This document shows positions 27,125-36,133 of a stretch of 47,107 bases of DNA, piece after piece (the stretch's first letter is position 1; each line of letters starts with the position of its first letter). The stretch comes from Prevotella sp. (GTDB taxonomy: Bacteria > Bacteroidota > Bacteroidia > Bacteroidales > Bacteroidaceae). The position numbers and the translations under genes are program-made. The stretch covers positions 1 through 47,107 of the forward strand of contig JAEENF010000079.1 of NCBI GenBank assembly GCA_016283605.1, read 5' to 3'. A model generated the notes under the pieces. The model made no database searches. It had not been told where the DNA came from and saw only the letters and a list, made by a program, of their open reading frames with translations.

Positions 27125-28765
27125 TTAATGATAGAGGAAACGCCGGATACTCTTTTTAGGCGTTTTCTCGAATTCTTCATAACGTTGCTCCAACTTTGCC
27201 AGCTGACAGTATTTGGGCAGATGCTGGTTTATTTCCTGACGAATGGCTTCAAGGTCGAGTGATTCGCGATTCGTCTCTGCAGCCTTGAGAGTAAGGTCGG
27301 AGACGTAAACCAACGCTACGAGCTTCTCGTCACGCTGTACCACTACACATTCGTCGAAAATAGAGTAGCTAATCACCTGGTCTTCTGCTTCCTCGGGATA
27401 GATGTTTTGCCCGTTGGCTCCTAACAGCATATTCTTCTTGCGGCCACGGATATAGACGAATCCGTCTTTGTCGATCACGCCAAGATCGCCTGTATGTAGC
27501 CATCCGTCTTTGTCAATGGCTTCTTGGGTTGCCTCAGGATTCTTGTAGTAGCCCATCATCGTGTTGATGCCTTTCGTAACAATCTCACCTGGCTCGTGTT
27601 GAGGGTCATCACTCAAGATCTTTACTTCCATATTCAAGGCAGCCTTTCCACAAGATCCCGCACGTAATTCTCTCCAGTCAGCGTAGGTAATGATGGGCCC
27701 GCATTCAGTCATGCCATACCCTACAGTAAACGGAAACTTCACCATTCTTAGCACCTTTTCCACCTCTTTGTTTAGGGGGGCACCGCCCATTATAACTGAA
27801 TGGAAGTTACCACCCAGCGCCACGGATAGCTGATTCCGGAACTTGCGACAGATGAATTGGCGAAAACCAGGTGCTTTCATCATGAACCGGATGCTGGGTT
27901 TGTTTAAAACGGGCAACACCTTTGCCTGTATGATTTTTTCCATCACCAAGGGCACACAAAGGAAGTAATCTGGTTTTATAAAGGCAAATGCTTTAATCAA
28001 TACCCCGGGCGCTGGTATTTTAGTTAGAACATATAAGTGGGCACTCAGCATGATGCCATAGAGGAAGTCGAACGAGAACCCGAACATGTGAGCCATAGGT
28101 AATATCAGTAACAACTGCATACCCGGCTTGTAAGGAAGGGCATCGCTTGCAAACATTTGGTTCGACCACAGGGATTTGTACGACAACATGACCCCCTTTG
28201 GATTACCAGTACTTCCACTGGTGTAACTCAGAAGCATCAGTGCGTCAGGATCTTCGGCTTCATAGCATACGTCTTCTCGGGTATATCCGTTGGGATGATT
28301 TGTTCTGAATCGGTGGAAAGCCTCTTCTTCAACCTTATCGGTAGCAGTATTGGGGGTCATGGTGAGCAGATCCTCCGTATCAAGCAAATACATCGGACAT
28401 TCTCCTTCTTCCCAAAGTGTTGAAAGCTGACGGTTACCAATCATGAATTTGGCATCACAGTGCTCGCAAAGCATTTTGAGTTGCTGCTTGCTGTAATCAG
28501 GCAATAAGGGCACTGCTACGGCACGATAGGTAATAATGGCCAACATGGATATAGCCCAGTTCGAACAGTTCTTATCGCAAATGGCAATCTTGTCGCCAGG
28601 TTTAATGCCTAATACATCGAAAAGAGAATGAATGAAACACATGCGTGTTGCAACATCTCCATACTTATAAGTGATGTTGCTGCCCCAGTCCGTCAGAGCA
28701 GGCTGCTCCCACGATTTGCGAAAAACATTTTCAATTCTCTTTATTAAACTCTTGTTGTATCCCAT
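27125..28765 (-). CDS. Long-chain fatty acid--CoA ligase (FadD-like AMP-binding protein)
   Basis: YTSGSTGNPKG, LPMAHMFG, GYGMTECGP, GYYKNPEAT, GWLHTGDLG, GRKKNMLLGANGQNIYPEE, KTPKKSIRR. Confidence 0.88.
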   Translation of the reverse strand: MGYNKSLIKRIENVFRKSWEQPALTDWGSNITYKYGDVATRMCFIHSLFDVLGIKPGDKIAICDKNCSNWAISMLAIITYRAVAVPLLPDYSKQQLKMLCEHCDAKFMIGNRQLSTLWEEGECPMYLLDTEDLLTMTPNTATDKVEEEAFHRFRTNHPNGYTREDVCYEAEDPDALMLLSYTSGSTGNPKGVMLSYKSLWSNQMFASDALPYKPGMQLLLILPMAHMFGFSFDFLYGIMLSAHLYVLTKIPAPGVLIKAFAFIKPDYFLCVPLVMEKIIQAKVLPVLNKPSIRFMMKAPGFRQFICRKFRNQLSVALGGNFHSVIMGGAPLNKEVEKVLRMVKFPFTVGYGMTECGPIITYADWRELRAGSCGKAALNMEVKILSDDPQHEPGEIVTKGINTMMGYYKNPEATQEAIDKDGWLHTGDLGVIDKDGFVYIRGRKKNMLLGANGQNIYPEEAEDQVISYSIFDECVVVQRDEKLVALVYVSDLTLKAAETNRESLDLEAIRQEINQHLPKYCQLAKLEQRYEEFEKTPKKSIRRFLYH

Positions 28766-28790
28766 ATATTCTATTAAACTGATATGGCAT

Positions 28791-28798
28791 CAAAGATA
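28791..28798 (-). promoter_or_regulatory. Candidate Bacteroidetes -7 promoter element proximal to the ligase/NRPS operon
   Basis: TATCTTTG on the minus strand matches TAnnTTTG, about 25 nt upstream of ATG 28765. No clear -33 element. Confidence 0.45.
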
Positions 28799-28814
28799 AG
28801 CAAATTCACTTACA

Positions 28815-28904
28815 TTATTCCACGTTAGAGCACGAGGTCAAAATAATCGCTGTGAAGCCGCAGGTCAGGATGGCGGCAAGCATACATATTATATTCATTT
28901 TCAT
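28815..28904 (-). CDS. Small ORF (29 aa) consisting of a lipoprotein signal peptide plus CSNVE; possibly a gene remnant
   Basis: Hand translation gives MKMNIICMLAAILTCGFTAIILTSCSNVE*. Hydrophobic core and LTSC lipobox. Alternative ATGs at 28910 and 28898. Below the ORF-track size cutoff. Confidence 0.5.
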   Translation of the reverse strand: MKMNIICMLAAILTCGFTAIILTSCSNVE

Positions 28905-28974
28905 TGACATTGTTTTATATTAGTTATACCTTAATTCTGGTCGTTTTTAATCATTGTTCTACATTCGAACGATG

Positions 28975-29009
28975 CAAAGATACAATTTTTTCCCTAATTA
29001 AAAAACAAA
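28975..29009 (-). promoter_or_regulatory. Candidate Bacteroidetes promoter driving the small ORF and the cluster
   Basis: Minus strand TATCTTTG(CA) at 28982-28975 and TTTG at 29009-29006. The 23-nt spacer is slightly long; AT-rich context. Confidence 0.55.
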
Positions 29010-29155
29010 AAAGCGTTTTTTTTGCTTATTTATCTTTGTTTTTTTGTGGGATGTGTGTTTACACTTTTAACTCTTTTCACTTGTTGTGAGAAGAAGAATT
29101 TGCACCAATGCTCACTTTTTTCCAGGCAAAAGCTTAAACATTCAGCTTTTTTGTG

Positions 29156-29163
29156 TACTTTTG
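29156..29163 (+). promoter_or_regulatory. Candidate -7 promoter element for the S8 protease
   Basis: TACTTTTG(CA) 12 nt upstream of ATG 29176. Confidence 0.55.
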
Positions 29164-29175
29164 CAGACGAGAGCG

Positions 29176-31395
29176 ATGAGAAAAGCAGGAATAACCGTCA
29201 TATTGGGGTTTATCTTTCTGTGCATGATGGCGCAGGGCGCGGACTACAGGAAGATGTCGAGGCTGGTGCAACAGGCCGCGAGGGAGACAATGCGGGCCGA
29301 GGCGAGAGTCAAGGACAGCAAGCAGCCCTTCGACATCAGGGACCGCAACAAACCCAGCCTCATCGCCTTTGTACGAATAGACCAGAAGGAGGGCGATGCC
29401 ATCCTCCGCGACTACGGATGCAAGCCCTTGGCCAACAAGGGTGACATCACCATCGTCGAGATCCCTCTAAACAGACTGACGGCCCTGTCGGAACACCCTG
29501 CAGTCCATCGCATCGAAGCCGGCGAGCGGGCCAGTATCTGTCTCGACACGACGGCCAGCATCATCAACGTCCTGCCAGCCTACACCCCAACTGCCAGTCA
29601 TCGGGCCTTTACAGGCAAGGATGTGGTGGTAGGCCTGATGGATATCGGCTTCGACCTCACCCACCCCACTTTCTACGACGTAACGACAAATCAGTACCGC
29701 ATCGGGGCGTTCTGGGATATGTTGTCGAAGGACACCGTAGGCAGTCCGTGGCCGGTAGGACGCGATATCGTCGGCTATGAAGCCGTGAGGGCCTATGGCC
29801 ACTCCACCGACGGGAAGACCCAAAAGCATGGCACCCACACCCTGGGTATCGCAGCGGGCAGCGGTTACGACACCAACTATCGCGGCGTAGCCTACGAGAG
29901 CGACATCTGTTTAGTGAGCAATGCCGTATCCAGTGATAAAGAATACATCGACTCCACAGACTACTACAAATATACCACAGCCGTCGACGCCCTGGGTTTC
30001 CAGTATCTGTTCGACTATGCCGACCGTCAGGGAAAGCCTTGTGTGGTCTCGTTCAGCGAGGGCTATGCCCCTTACCTCGACGAGGAAGACAGCCTCTATG
30101 TCGCCTATCTCGACAGTCTGACGGGCCCCGGCCATATCCTCGTGGCTTCGGCAGGCAACGAGAATCTGGAGAAGACCTATATGGAAAAGCCCTATGGCAC
30201 TGCTAAGACGGGCGCATTCATCAGAGTATACAAAGAGAGTGCGCTCTATAAAGTCAAGACCGACGGGCCACTATTGATCAGACTGCTGGCCTATGAAGAC
30301 GGTTTCGTCGTCCCCCATGACACCATCACCATCTCAACATCCGATGCCAGACTCGACTCACTCTTCAGTGACACCTTGTTTTTTAACAAAGACACCTGTA
30401 CAGTTGAAGCCATACGCTATCCTTCACCCTTTATCGGCGACACACTTTGTCTGGTAGCCTTTTCCGCCACCTCCACCTTAGATAAACTGCCCAAGATAGC
30501 CATTGTCCTGGAAGGTCAGGAGAGTCATGCAGAACTTTTCGGCAGTTCACACTATGCCCTCACCAGCAGAAACATTGATCCCCGCTGGAATGCGGCAGAG
30601 AAAGGACATAACATCATGGCGCCCAGCTGTTTCTCTTCGGTGATCAGTGTCGGTTCCACTTCCCACCGTCTGCGTGTCATCAACTATCTCGGCGAAGAGC
30701 AGAACTATGCGGCAGGCGAGACGCCCGGTGTGGTGAGTCCCTTTTCATCGAGAGGCCCTACGATGAACGGCAACGTGAAGCCCGATGTCCTTGCGCCAGG
30801 CGCGAACATCATCTCTTCCGACAGCGAATATACCTATGCCATGGACTCTACAGCCAACAGGAATGAGATTATCGCCTTCTCACAGTTTGAAGGGAAGGAC
30901 TACCCTTGGAGCTTCAACTCCGGCACCTCGATGTCGGCACCCTTTGTGGCAGGCACGATAGCACTCTGGCTCCAAGCCAAACCCGACCTCACGCCACAAG
31001 AGGTGATGGAAGTTATCCGACGTACCAGCAGCCATCCCGAAGAGGGTATCGACTACCCGAACAACGACTACGGCTACGGACTGATCGACGGCTACCGAGG
31101 ACTGTTAGATATCCTCGGACTCACGAAGATTGAGCATGTGGGGCTGTCAGAACCACTTAATCTGCAGGTCATCCCCAAGGAAGATGGTCTGCACTTTCTC
31201 TTCCATGAAAAAACAGAGCAACCTGTCAAAGTCAGGCTTTACGCACTGACAGGTGCTCTGTTGGATGAACGGCAACTGATGCCGATAAACACTGAGGTCG
31301 TCATGTCCCTACCATCAGCCCTCAAAGGTGTCATCCTGGTGCAGACGGATAGTCAGACGAGAAGTCTGACGGGTTCACGACTCGTCAGACTGTAA
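29176..31395 (+). CDS. Secreted S8 (subtilisin-like) serine peptidase
   Basis: Catalytic motifs VGLMDIGFD, HGTHTLGIAAG, SAGNE, KPDVLAPG, GTSMSAP. Signal peptide from ATG 29176 (MRKAGITV…). Short T9SS-like tail (VRLYALTGALL). Confidence 0.9.
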   Translation: MRKAGITVILGFIFLCMMAQGADYRKMSRLVQQAARETMRAEARVKDSKQPFDIRDRNKPSLIAFVRIDQKEGDAILRDYGCKPLANKGDITIVEIPLNRLTALSEHPAVHRIEAGERASICLDTTASIINVLPAYTPTASHRAFTGKDVVVGLMDIGFDLTHPTFYDVTTNQYRIGAFWDMLSKDTVGSPWPVGRDIVGYEAVRAYGHSTDGKTQKHGTHTLGIAAGSGYDTNYRGVAYESDICLVSNAVSSDKEYIDSTDYYKYTTAVDALGFQYLFDYADRQGKPCVVSFSEGYAPYLDEEDSLYVAYLDSLTGPGHILVASAGNENLEKTYMEKPYGTAKTGAFIRVYKESALYKVKTDGPLLIRLLAYEDGFVVPHDTITISTSDARLDSLFSDTLFFNKDTCTVEAIRYPSPFIGDTLCLVAFSATSTLDKLPKIAIVLEGQESHAELFGSSHYALTSRNIDPRWNAAEKGHNIMAPSCFSSVISVGSTSHRLRVINYLGEEQNYAAGETPGVVSPFSSRGPTMNGNVKPDVLAPGANIISSDSEYTYAMDSTANRNEIIAFSQFEGKDYPWSFNSGTSMSAPFVAGTIALWLQAKPDLTPQEVMEVIRRTSSHPEEGIDYPNNDYGYGLIDGYRGLLDILGLTKIEHVGLSEPLNLQVIPKEDGLHFLFHEKTEQPVKVRLYALTGALLDERQLMPINTEVVMSLPSALKGVILVQTDSQTRSLTGSRLVRL

Positions 31396-32616
31396 TTCGG
31401 ATTTATCTTCTTTCGGCAGAAGGAGATTCAGCAACACACCGACAACGGCAGAAAGTCCTATGCCGCTAATGGAAAATGTCTTGAAAGATAATACTGCGCC
31501 ACCAATACCCATCGTCAGCGTGACAGAGACGATGATGATATTACGCGTCAGGCTCATATTTACCCGATGATTGATCAGGTACTGGACACCCACCGAGCCA
31601 ATCGTTCCGAAAAGCAACAGCATGATGCCGCCCAGCACGGCCTGAGGGATGCTCTGCAGCAGGGCACTAAGCTTACCTATGACGGAGAAGACAATGGCCG
31701 TGGCGGCAGCAATGCGGATGACTTGAGGATGACGGACACGAGTGATCTGCATAGCTCCCGTGACCTCGCTATAGGTAGTCACCGGAGGACCACTGAAGAG
31801 GGATGCGAAGAGACATGCAAGACCATCGCCCAACATCGTGCGATGGAGACCTGGAGACTTCACAAAGTCTTTCTCAGCCACGGCACTGACCACATAGACA
31901 TCACCGATATGCTCAATCACCGGCGCCACAGCCACAGGAATCATGAACAGGAACGGCGCCCAGGCAAACTGCGGCATATGAAAATGGACGATACCGTCTG
32001 GCAGAGCGAACCAGGGCGCAGCAGCCAGGACAGAAAGATCGACAACGCCCATGAAAAGGGCTACCATATAACCGATGATGAGACCCATCACCACAGGCAC
32101 TAGCTTCAACAGTCCCTTTCCGAAGGTGAGCACGATGATGGCTGTAATCAGTGAAACAAAGGCCAGAGGCCAGTTTTCCTTCGCCATGTTAACGGCTGAG
32201 GGAGAAAGCGACAGACCGATGAGGATGATGACAGGACCCACCACTACTGGTGGGAAAAGACGGTCGATAAGACGACGCCCCTGCCACTTAATCAGTGCCG
32301 ACATGATGAAATAGACCAATGCCACGCCAACAATACCCGCAACCGTTCCTGGCATACCCCACAATTGGGAGGCGGATATAATCGGTGCGATAAAGGCAAA
32401 ACTTGAACCCAGGAAAATGGGCACCTCTCCTTTGGTGACTATATGGAAGATCAGTGTGCCTACACCTGCCGTAAAAAGTGCTGTAGCGGGATCCAAACCA
32501 ACAAGTAGAGGTACGAGCACTGTCGAACTAAAGGCCACAAACAGAAACTGAACGCCAACGATAGTCCTTCTTACCGTTGAAAGTTCTTGATGACTCATAT
32601 GATGATCATTATCCAT
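31375..32616 (-). CDS. uraA: Uracil/xanthine permease (NCS2/UraA family)
   Basis: GVQFLFVAF, PIFLGSSFAFIAP, FPPVVVGPVIILIGL, EHIGD, PVTTYSEVTG. Start placed at ATG 32616, just after the upstream stop. Confidence 0.88.
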   Translation of the reverse strand: MDNDHHMSHQELSTVRRTIVGVQFLFVAFSSTVLVPLLVGLDPATALFTAGVGTLIFHIVTKGEVPIFLGSSFAFIAPIISASQLWGMPGTVAGIVGVALVYFIMSALIKWQGRRLIDRLFPPVVVGPVIILIGLSLSPSAVNMAKENWPLAFVSLITAIIVLTFGKGLLKLVPVVMGLIIGYMVALFMGVVDLSVLAAAPWFALPDGIVHFHMPQFAWAPFLFMIPVAVAPVIEHIGDVYVVSAVAEKDFVKSPGLHRTMLGDGLACLFASLFSGPPVTTYSEVTGAMQITRVRHPQVIRIAAATAIVFSVIGKLSALLQSIPQAVLGGIMLLLFGTIGSVGVQYLINHRVNMSLTRNIIIVSVTLTMGIGGAVLSFKTFSISGIGLSAVVGVLLNLLLPKEDKSELQSDES

Positions 32617-32618
32617 GA

Positions 32619-33341
32619 TTAAAAGTTCCACTTGATACCGATGGTGGGATTGACGAAGAATGTTTGATCATCATATGTGTTATAGATGAAGTTATTGCTG
32701 ATCTCGCACTCCGTACCGATACTGAAGTGCTCTGTAGCATTAAACCAGAACTGGGGTTCGGAGAGAATAACCAGCTGTCCGTGTCCATTGGCCTTCTCAC
32801 CACGCCAGAAATCAATAAAACCTGAAAAGGTACACTTTTTGTTGGCAAAGGTCGTACCCCAAACACCTGTCAGCTGAGCACTATGATACGCACTGTTGGC
32901 ATTGGCATCTTTGAAGAAGGCCTTATACAATAGCTGGACAGACCATGTCGTAGAGAAATCCGAATTATGTCCGTTATAGGCGAAACCTGCAAGACCTGAC
33001 TGCTGATAGCTGCCAGAGGTAGTACCTGCAAGTCTGGACCCTAGTCCGCCGTCATATTCTACATGAAGGGAAAAAGGCGACTGCTGACTCAACTTGAACT
33101 CACGCGAAATCTCGGTATAGGCACCTTTCGTTTCCTTTCGACTCAGGTCTACGTCAACGAAGTAATACCACGAACCCCACTTATCGGCCTTGAATTGTTC
33201 AAGTGTCAATGTCACTTTCTGACGGCCTGCCTCCTGGTCCGGATAGAGGTTACGTCCGAAATCATAATGTAACTGCACGTTCTGTGCGTAGGCAGTGAGG
33301 ACGGCAACAGCCGTCATAGCCATCAATAAAAACTTTCTCAT
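32619..33341 (-). CDS. DUF5020-family outer membrane protein (Tsx-like nucleoside channel)
   Basis: Signal peptide, QNVQLHYDFG, EQFKADKWGSWYYFVD, YTEISRE, SEPQFWFN, C-terminal KWNF. Confidence 0.78.
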   Translation of the reverse strand: MRKFLLMAMTAVAVLTAYAQNVQLHYDFGRNLYPDQEAGRQKVTLTLEQFKADKWGSWYYFVDVDLSRKETKGAYTEISREFKLSQQSPFSLHVEYDGGLGSRLAGTTSGSYQQSGLAGFAYNGHNSDFSTTWSVQLLYKAFFKDANANSAYHSAQLTGVWGTTFANKKCTFSGFIDFWRGEKANGHGQLVILSEPQFWFNATEHFSIGTECEISNNFIYNTYDDQTFFVNPTIGIKWNF

Positions 33342-34468
33342 AAGGATCCTTTATTTAGAAGTGAATAAATCATTTTTGCAGCATTGTCTGGAGCCTTCTG
33401 ATCACCAAGGAGTCGCCAGATTTCCTCATAACCCTCAAGCATATTCTGACGGGCAGGACCGCCAAGAATCTTATCCAGTTCTGCACGGAGACGATCCAGT
33501 GTGAAGGCGTCTGCCACGAGTTCTGTCACAACCTCACGGTCAGCAATGAGATTTACCAATGAGATATACTTCACCTTCAGCACCCATCTACGGAGCCAGC
33601 CAAACAGTTTTGCCAACGCTGTTCCGTAACAGACCACCTGTGGAACACGGAAGAGTGCAGTCTCAAGGGTAGCTGTACCACTGGTAACCAAAGCAACATA
33701 AGCTTGGGAGAGCAGCGGATAGGTCTGGTTATAGACAATGTCTACGTTCTTACCACTTATGAACTGCTCGTAATAGTCTTTCTCAATACTTGGAGCCCCA
33801 GCCAACACCACCTTATAATCTTGCATATAGGGTTGCACTGCCTCGATCATCACGGGCAGATTATCCTTGATCTCCTGCTTTCGACTTCCTGCCAACAGTG
33901 CAATAATGTTCGCAGAAGGGTTCTTCTCTTGACACTTTCCACCTTCTACCTTCCACCATTCACGGACTTCATCTGCCGTGGGATTGCCGACATAATGAAT
34001 GGGATAACGATGTTTTCCTTCGAAAAATTCTACCTCGAAGGGCAAGATGGAGAAGAGTTCGTCCACATCACGTTTGATGGCCTTAATGCGATATTCCTTC
34101 CAAGCCCATATCTTCGGAGAGATATAATAGTAGACGGGAATGTTTGTCTTCGATTTTACATATCTGGCAATCTTCAGGTTAAACCCTGGATAATCTACAA
34201 GAATCACACAGTCAGGTTGCCATGTCGTAATATCGCGCTTGCACATCTTCATATTCTTGAGGATCGTTGGCAAATGCAGAAGCACAGGAAAAATGCCCAT
34301 ATAGGCCAGTTCCTTATAATGTCTGACACGAGTTCCTCCAACGGCTGTCATCAAATCTCCGCCGAAGAAGCGGAACTCTGCCTCTGCGTCAATATCTTTC
34401 AACGACTGCATCAGATGCGATGCGTGAAGGTCTCCAGAAGCCTCTCCAACAATCAGATAGTACTTCAT
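33338..34468 (-). CDS. lpxB: Lipid-A-disaccharide synthase
   Basis: GEASGDLH, VDYPGFNL, YYISPKIWAW, ILPFE, YVGNP, LAGSRKQEI, SGTATLE, ISLVNL. Confidence 0.96.
   Translation of the reverse strand: MKYYLIVGEASGDLHASHLMQSLKDIDAEAEFRFFGGDLMTAVGGTRVRHYKELAYMGIFPVLLHLPTILKNMKMCKRDITTWQPDCVILVDYPGFNLKIARYVKSKTNIPVYYYISPKIWAWKEYRIKAIKRDVDELFSILPFEVEFFEGKHRYPIHYVGNPTADEVREWWKVEGGKCQEKNPSANIIALLAGSRKQEIKDNLPVMIEAVQPYMQDYKVVLAGAPSIEKDYYEQFISGKNVDIVYNQTYPLLSQAYVALVTSGTATLETALFRVPQVVCYGTALAKLFGWLRRWVLKVKYISLVNLIADREVVTELVADAFTLDRLRAELDKILGGPARQNMLEGYEEIWRLLGDQKAPDNAAKMIYSLLNKGSL
33931..33963 (+). repeat. Degenerate 7-nt tandem repeat inside lpxB
   Basis: GACACTT TCCACCT TCTACCT TCCACCA TTCAC, encoding EWWKVEGGKC on the minus strand. 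Confidence 0.6.
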
Positions 34469-35238
34469 AATCCCCAGGATTTAATCTTATCCATCGCCTG
34501 ATAGGCCGTGATATCAATCTGTGTAGGGGTGATAGCCACATAACCATGTGTCAAAGCCCAGTTATCAGTATCCTCAGCCTCCGGCTCGTCATTGGTATAG
34601 CTACCTACCATCCACCAATAGTCATATCCCCGGGGGTGATGACACTTGGTAACCTCCTGTCCCCAAGTTCCTTTCGCCATCCTGCACACCCTCACACCTT
34701 TGTACCCACTTTCCTCTAACAATGGGAAGTTCACATTCAGACAGACCCCCAAAGGCAGTCCCTCATGAAGCACACGCTGAATGATTTCATGGATTAGAGG
34801 ACGCAACGGCTCGAAATCAGCATCCTCTCGATGATCACATAACGAAAAGGCTACCGACGGGATATATTTCATACAACCTTCGAGGGTAACACCCATTGTA
34901 CCACTATAATGTGCATTGACAGAGGCATTGTCACCATGATTAATACCCCCAATCACCAAATCTGGCGTTCGTGGCACAATCTCTGCCAACGCCATCTTCA
35001 CGCAGTCCACTGGCGTACCAGTGCAAGACCATATCTCCACCCCGGGACGTTGCGCACGACATTGAAGCCTCAACGGAGCCGTTGCCGAAAAAGCACAAGA
35101 AAAACCACTGCGCGCATCTTCAGGGGCACAGACGATGATATCGCCAAGGTCGGAAAGCATCTCCACCAAGCAGTTGATACCTTTCGCCAGATAGCCGTCA
35201 TCATTGGAAATGAGCAGTAAGGGTCGTTTAATTTCCAT
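34465..35238 (-). CDS. surE: 5'/3'-nucleotidase SurE
   Basis: ISNDDG, GTPVDCV, GINHGDN, YSGT, LNVNFP, GYVAITP. Confidence 0.96.
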   Translation of the reverse strand: MEIKRPLLLISNDDGYLAKGINCLVEMLSDLGDIIVCAPEDARSGFSCAFSATAPLRLQCRAQRPGVEIWSCTGTPVDCVKMALAEIVPRTPDLVIGGINHGDNASVNAHYSGTMGVTLEGCMKYIPSVAFSLCDHREDADFEPLRPLIHEIIQRVLHEGLPLGVCLNVNFPLLEESGYKGVRVCRMAKGTWGQEVTKCHHPRGYDYWWMVGSYTNDEPEAEDTDNWALTHGYVAITPTQIDITAYQAMDKIKSWGL

Positions 35239-35259
35239 AAAATATCAATGATTTGGGTG

Positions 35260-35317
35260 CAAAAATACGAAAAAAGGTTTAAATGGGCGTATTTCTCAGC
35301 AGAAATATGTAACTTTG
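35260..35317. promoter_or_regulatory. Divergent Bacteroidetes promoters for surE (-) and parA (+)
   Basis: Minus TATTTTTG at 35267-35260 and plus TAACTTTG at 35310-35317; both match TAnnTTTG. Confidence 0.65.
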
Positions 35318-35359
35318 TGCCCAAATTTCTCAATAAGACAGGTATAAAGAAACAAAAAT

Positions 35360-36124
35360 ATGGGTAAGATTATTGCATTAGCAAACCAAAAAGGTGGTGT
35401 AGGAAAGACAACGACAACTATCAACCTTGCTGCCTCACTCGCCACACTCGAGAAGAGTGTACTGGTAGTAGATGCCGACCCTCAGGCCAATGCCTCCAGC
35501 GGTCTGGGTGTTAACATCCAAGAGGTAGAATGCTCACTCTATGAGTGTATTGTCAACAATGCAGACATCCGTGATGCCATCTACACCACAGATATCGACG
35601 GACTGGACATCATTCCTAGCCACATCGATCTCGTTGGCGCTGAAATAGAAATGTTGAATATGGATAATCGTGAGAGGGTCATCAGAGACTTGCTGTTACC
35701 CATCCGCGACGAATACGAATATATCCTGATAGACTGTTCGCCGTCATTAGGACTGATTACCGTTAATGCCCTGACAGCAGCCGACTCCGTGATTATCCCC
35801 GTTCAGTGCGAGTATTTCGCCCTTGAAGGAATCAGCAAATTGTTGAACACTATCCGCATCATCAAACAGAAACTGAATCCAACACTGGAGATTGAGGGTT
35901 TCCTTCTGACGATGTATGACAGTCGTCTGCGTCTGGCTAACCAGATCTACGATGAGGTGAAGCGTCATTTCCAGGAGCTGGTCTTTAAAACTGTCATCCA
36001 ACGCAACGTAAAACTAAGCGAGGCACCTAGTCACGGCCTGCCCGCCATTCTTTACGATGCTGACTCGACAGGAAGTAAGAACCATTTGGCACTCGCCAAG
36101 GAAATTATCAACAAAAACAAATAA
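35360..36124 (+). CDS. parA: Chromosome partitioning ATPase ParA/Soj
   Basis: [39 protein letters not shown]. Confidence 0.96.
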   Translation: MGKIIALANQKGGVGKTTTTINLAASLATLEKSVLVVDADPQANASSGLGVNIQEVECSLYECIVNNADIRDAIYTTDIDGLDIIPSHIDLVGAEIEMLNMDNRERVIRDLLLPIRDEYEYILIDCSPSLGLITVNALTAADSVIIPVQCEYFALEGISKLLNTIRIIKQKLNPTLEIEGFLLTMYDSRLRLANQIYDEVKRHFQELVFKTVIQRNVKLSEAPSHGLPAILYDADSTGSKNHLALAKEIINKNK

Positions 36125-36133
36125 ACTTTAACT

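Noticed and set aside
28904-29444. ORFs 28904-29089, 29022-29444 and the 29086 extension of the protease
   Set aside because: They run through AT-rich promoter DNA or overlap the S8 gene out of frame; the signal peptide begins at 29176.
33704-34501. 265-aa plus-strand ORF and the many other short antisense ORFs in the track
   Set aside because: Shadow frames opposite well-supported genes, with no recognisable motifs.
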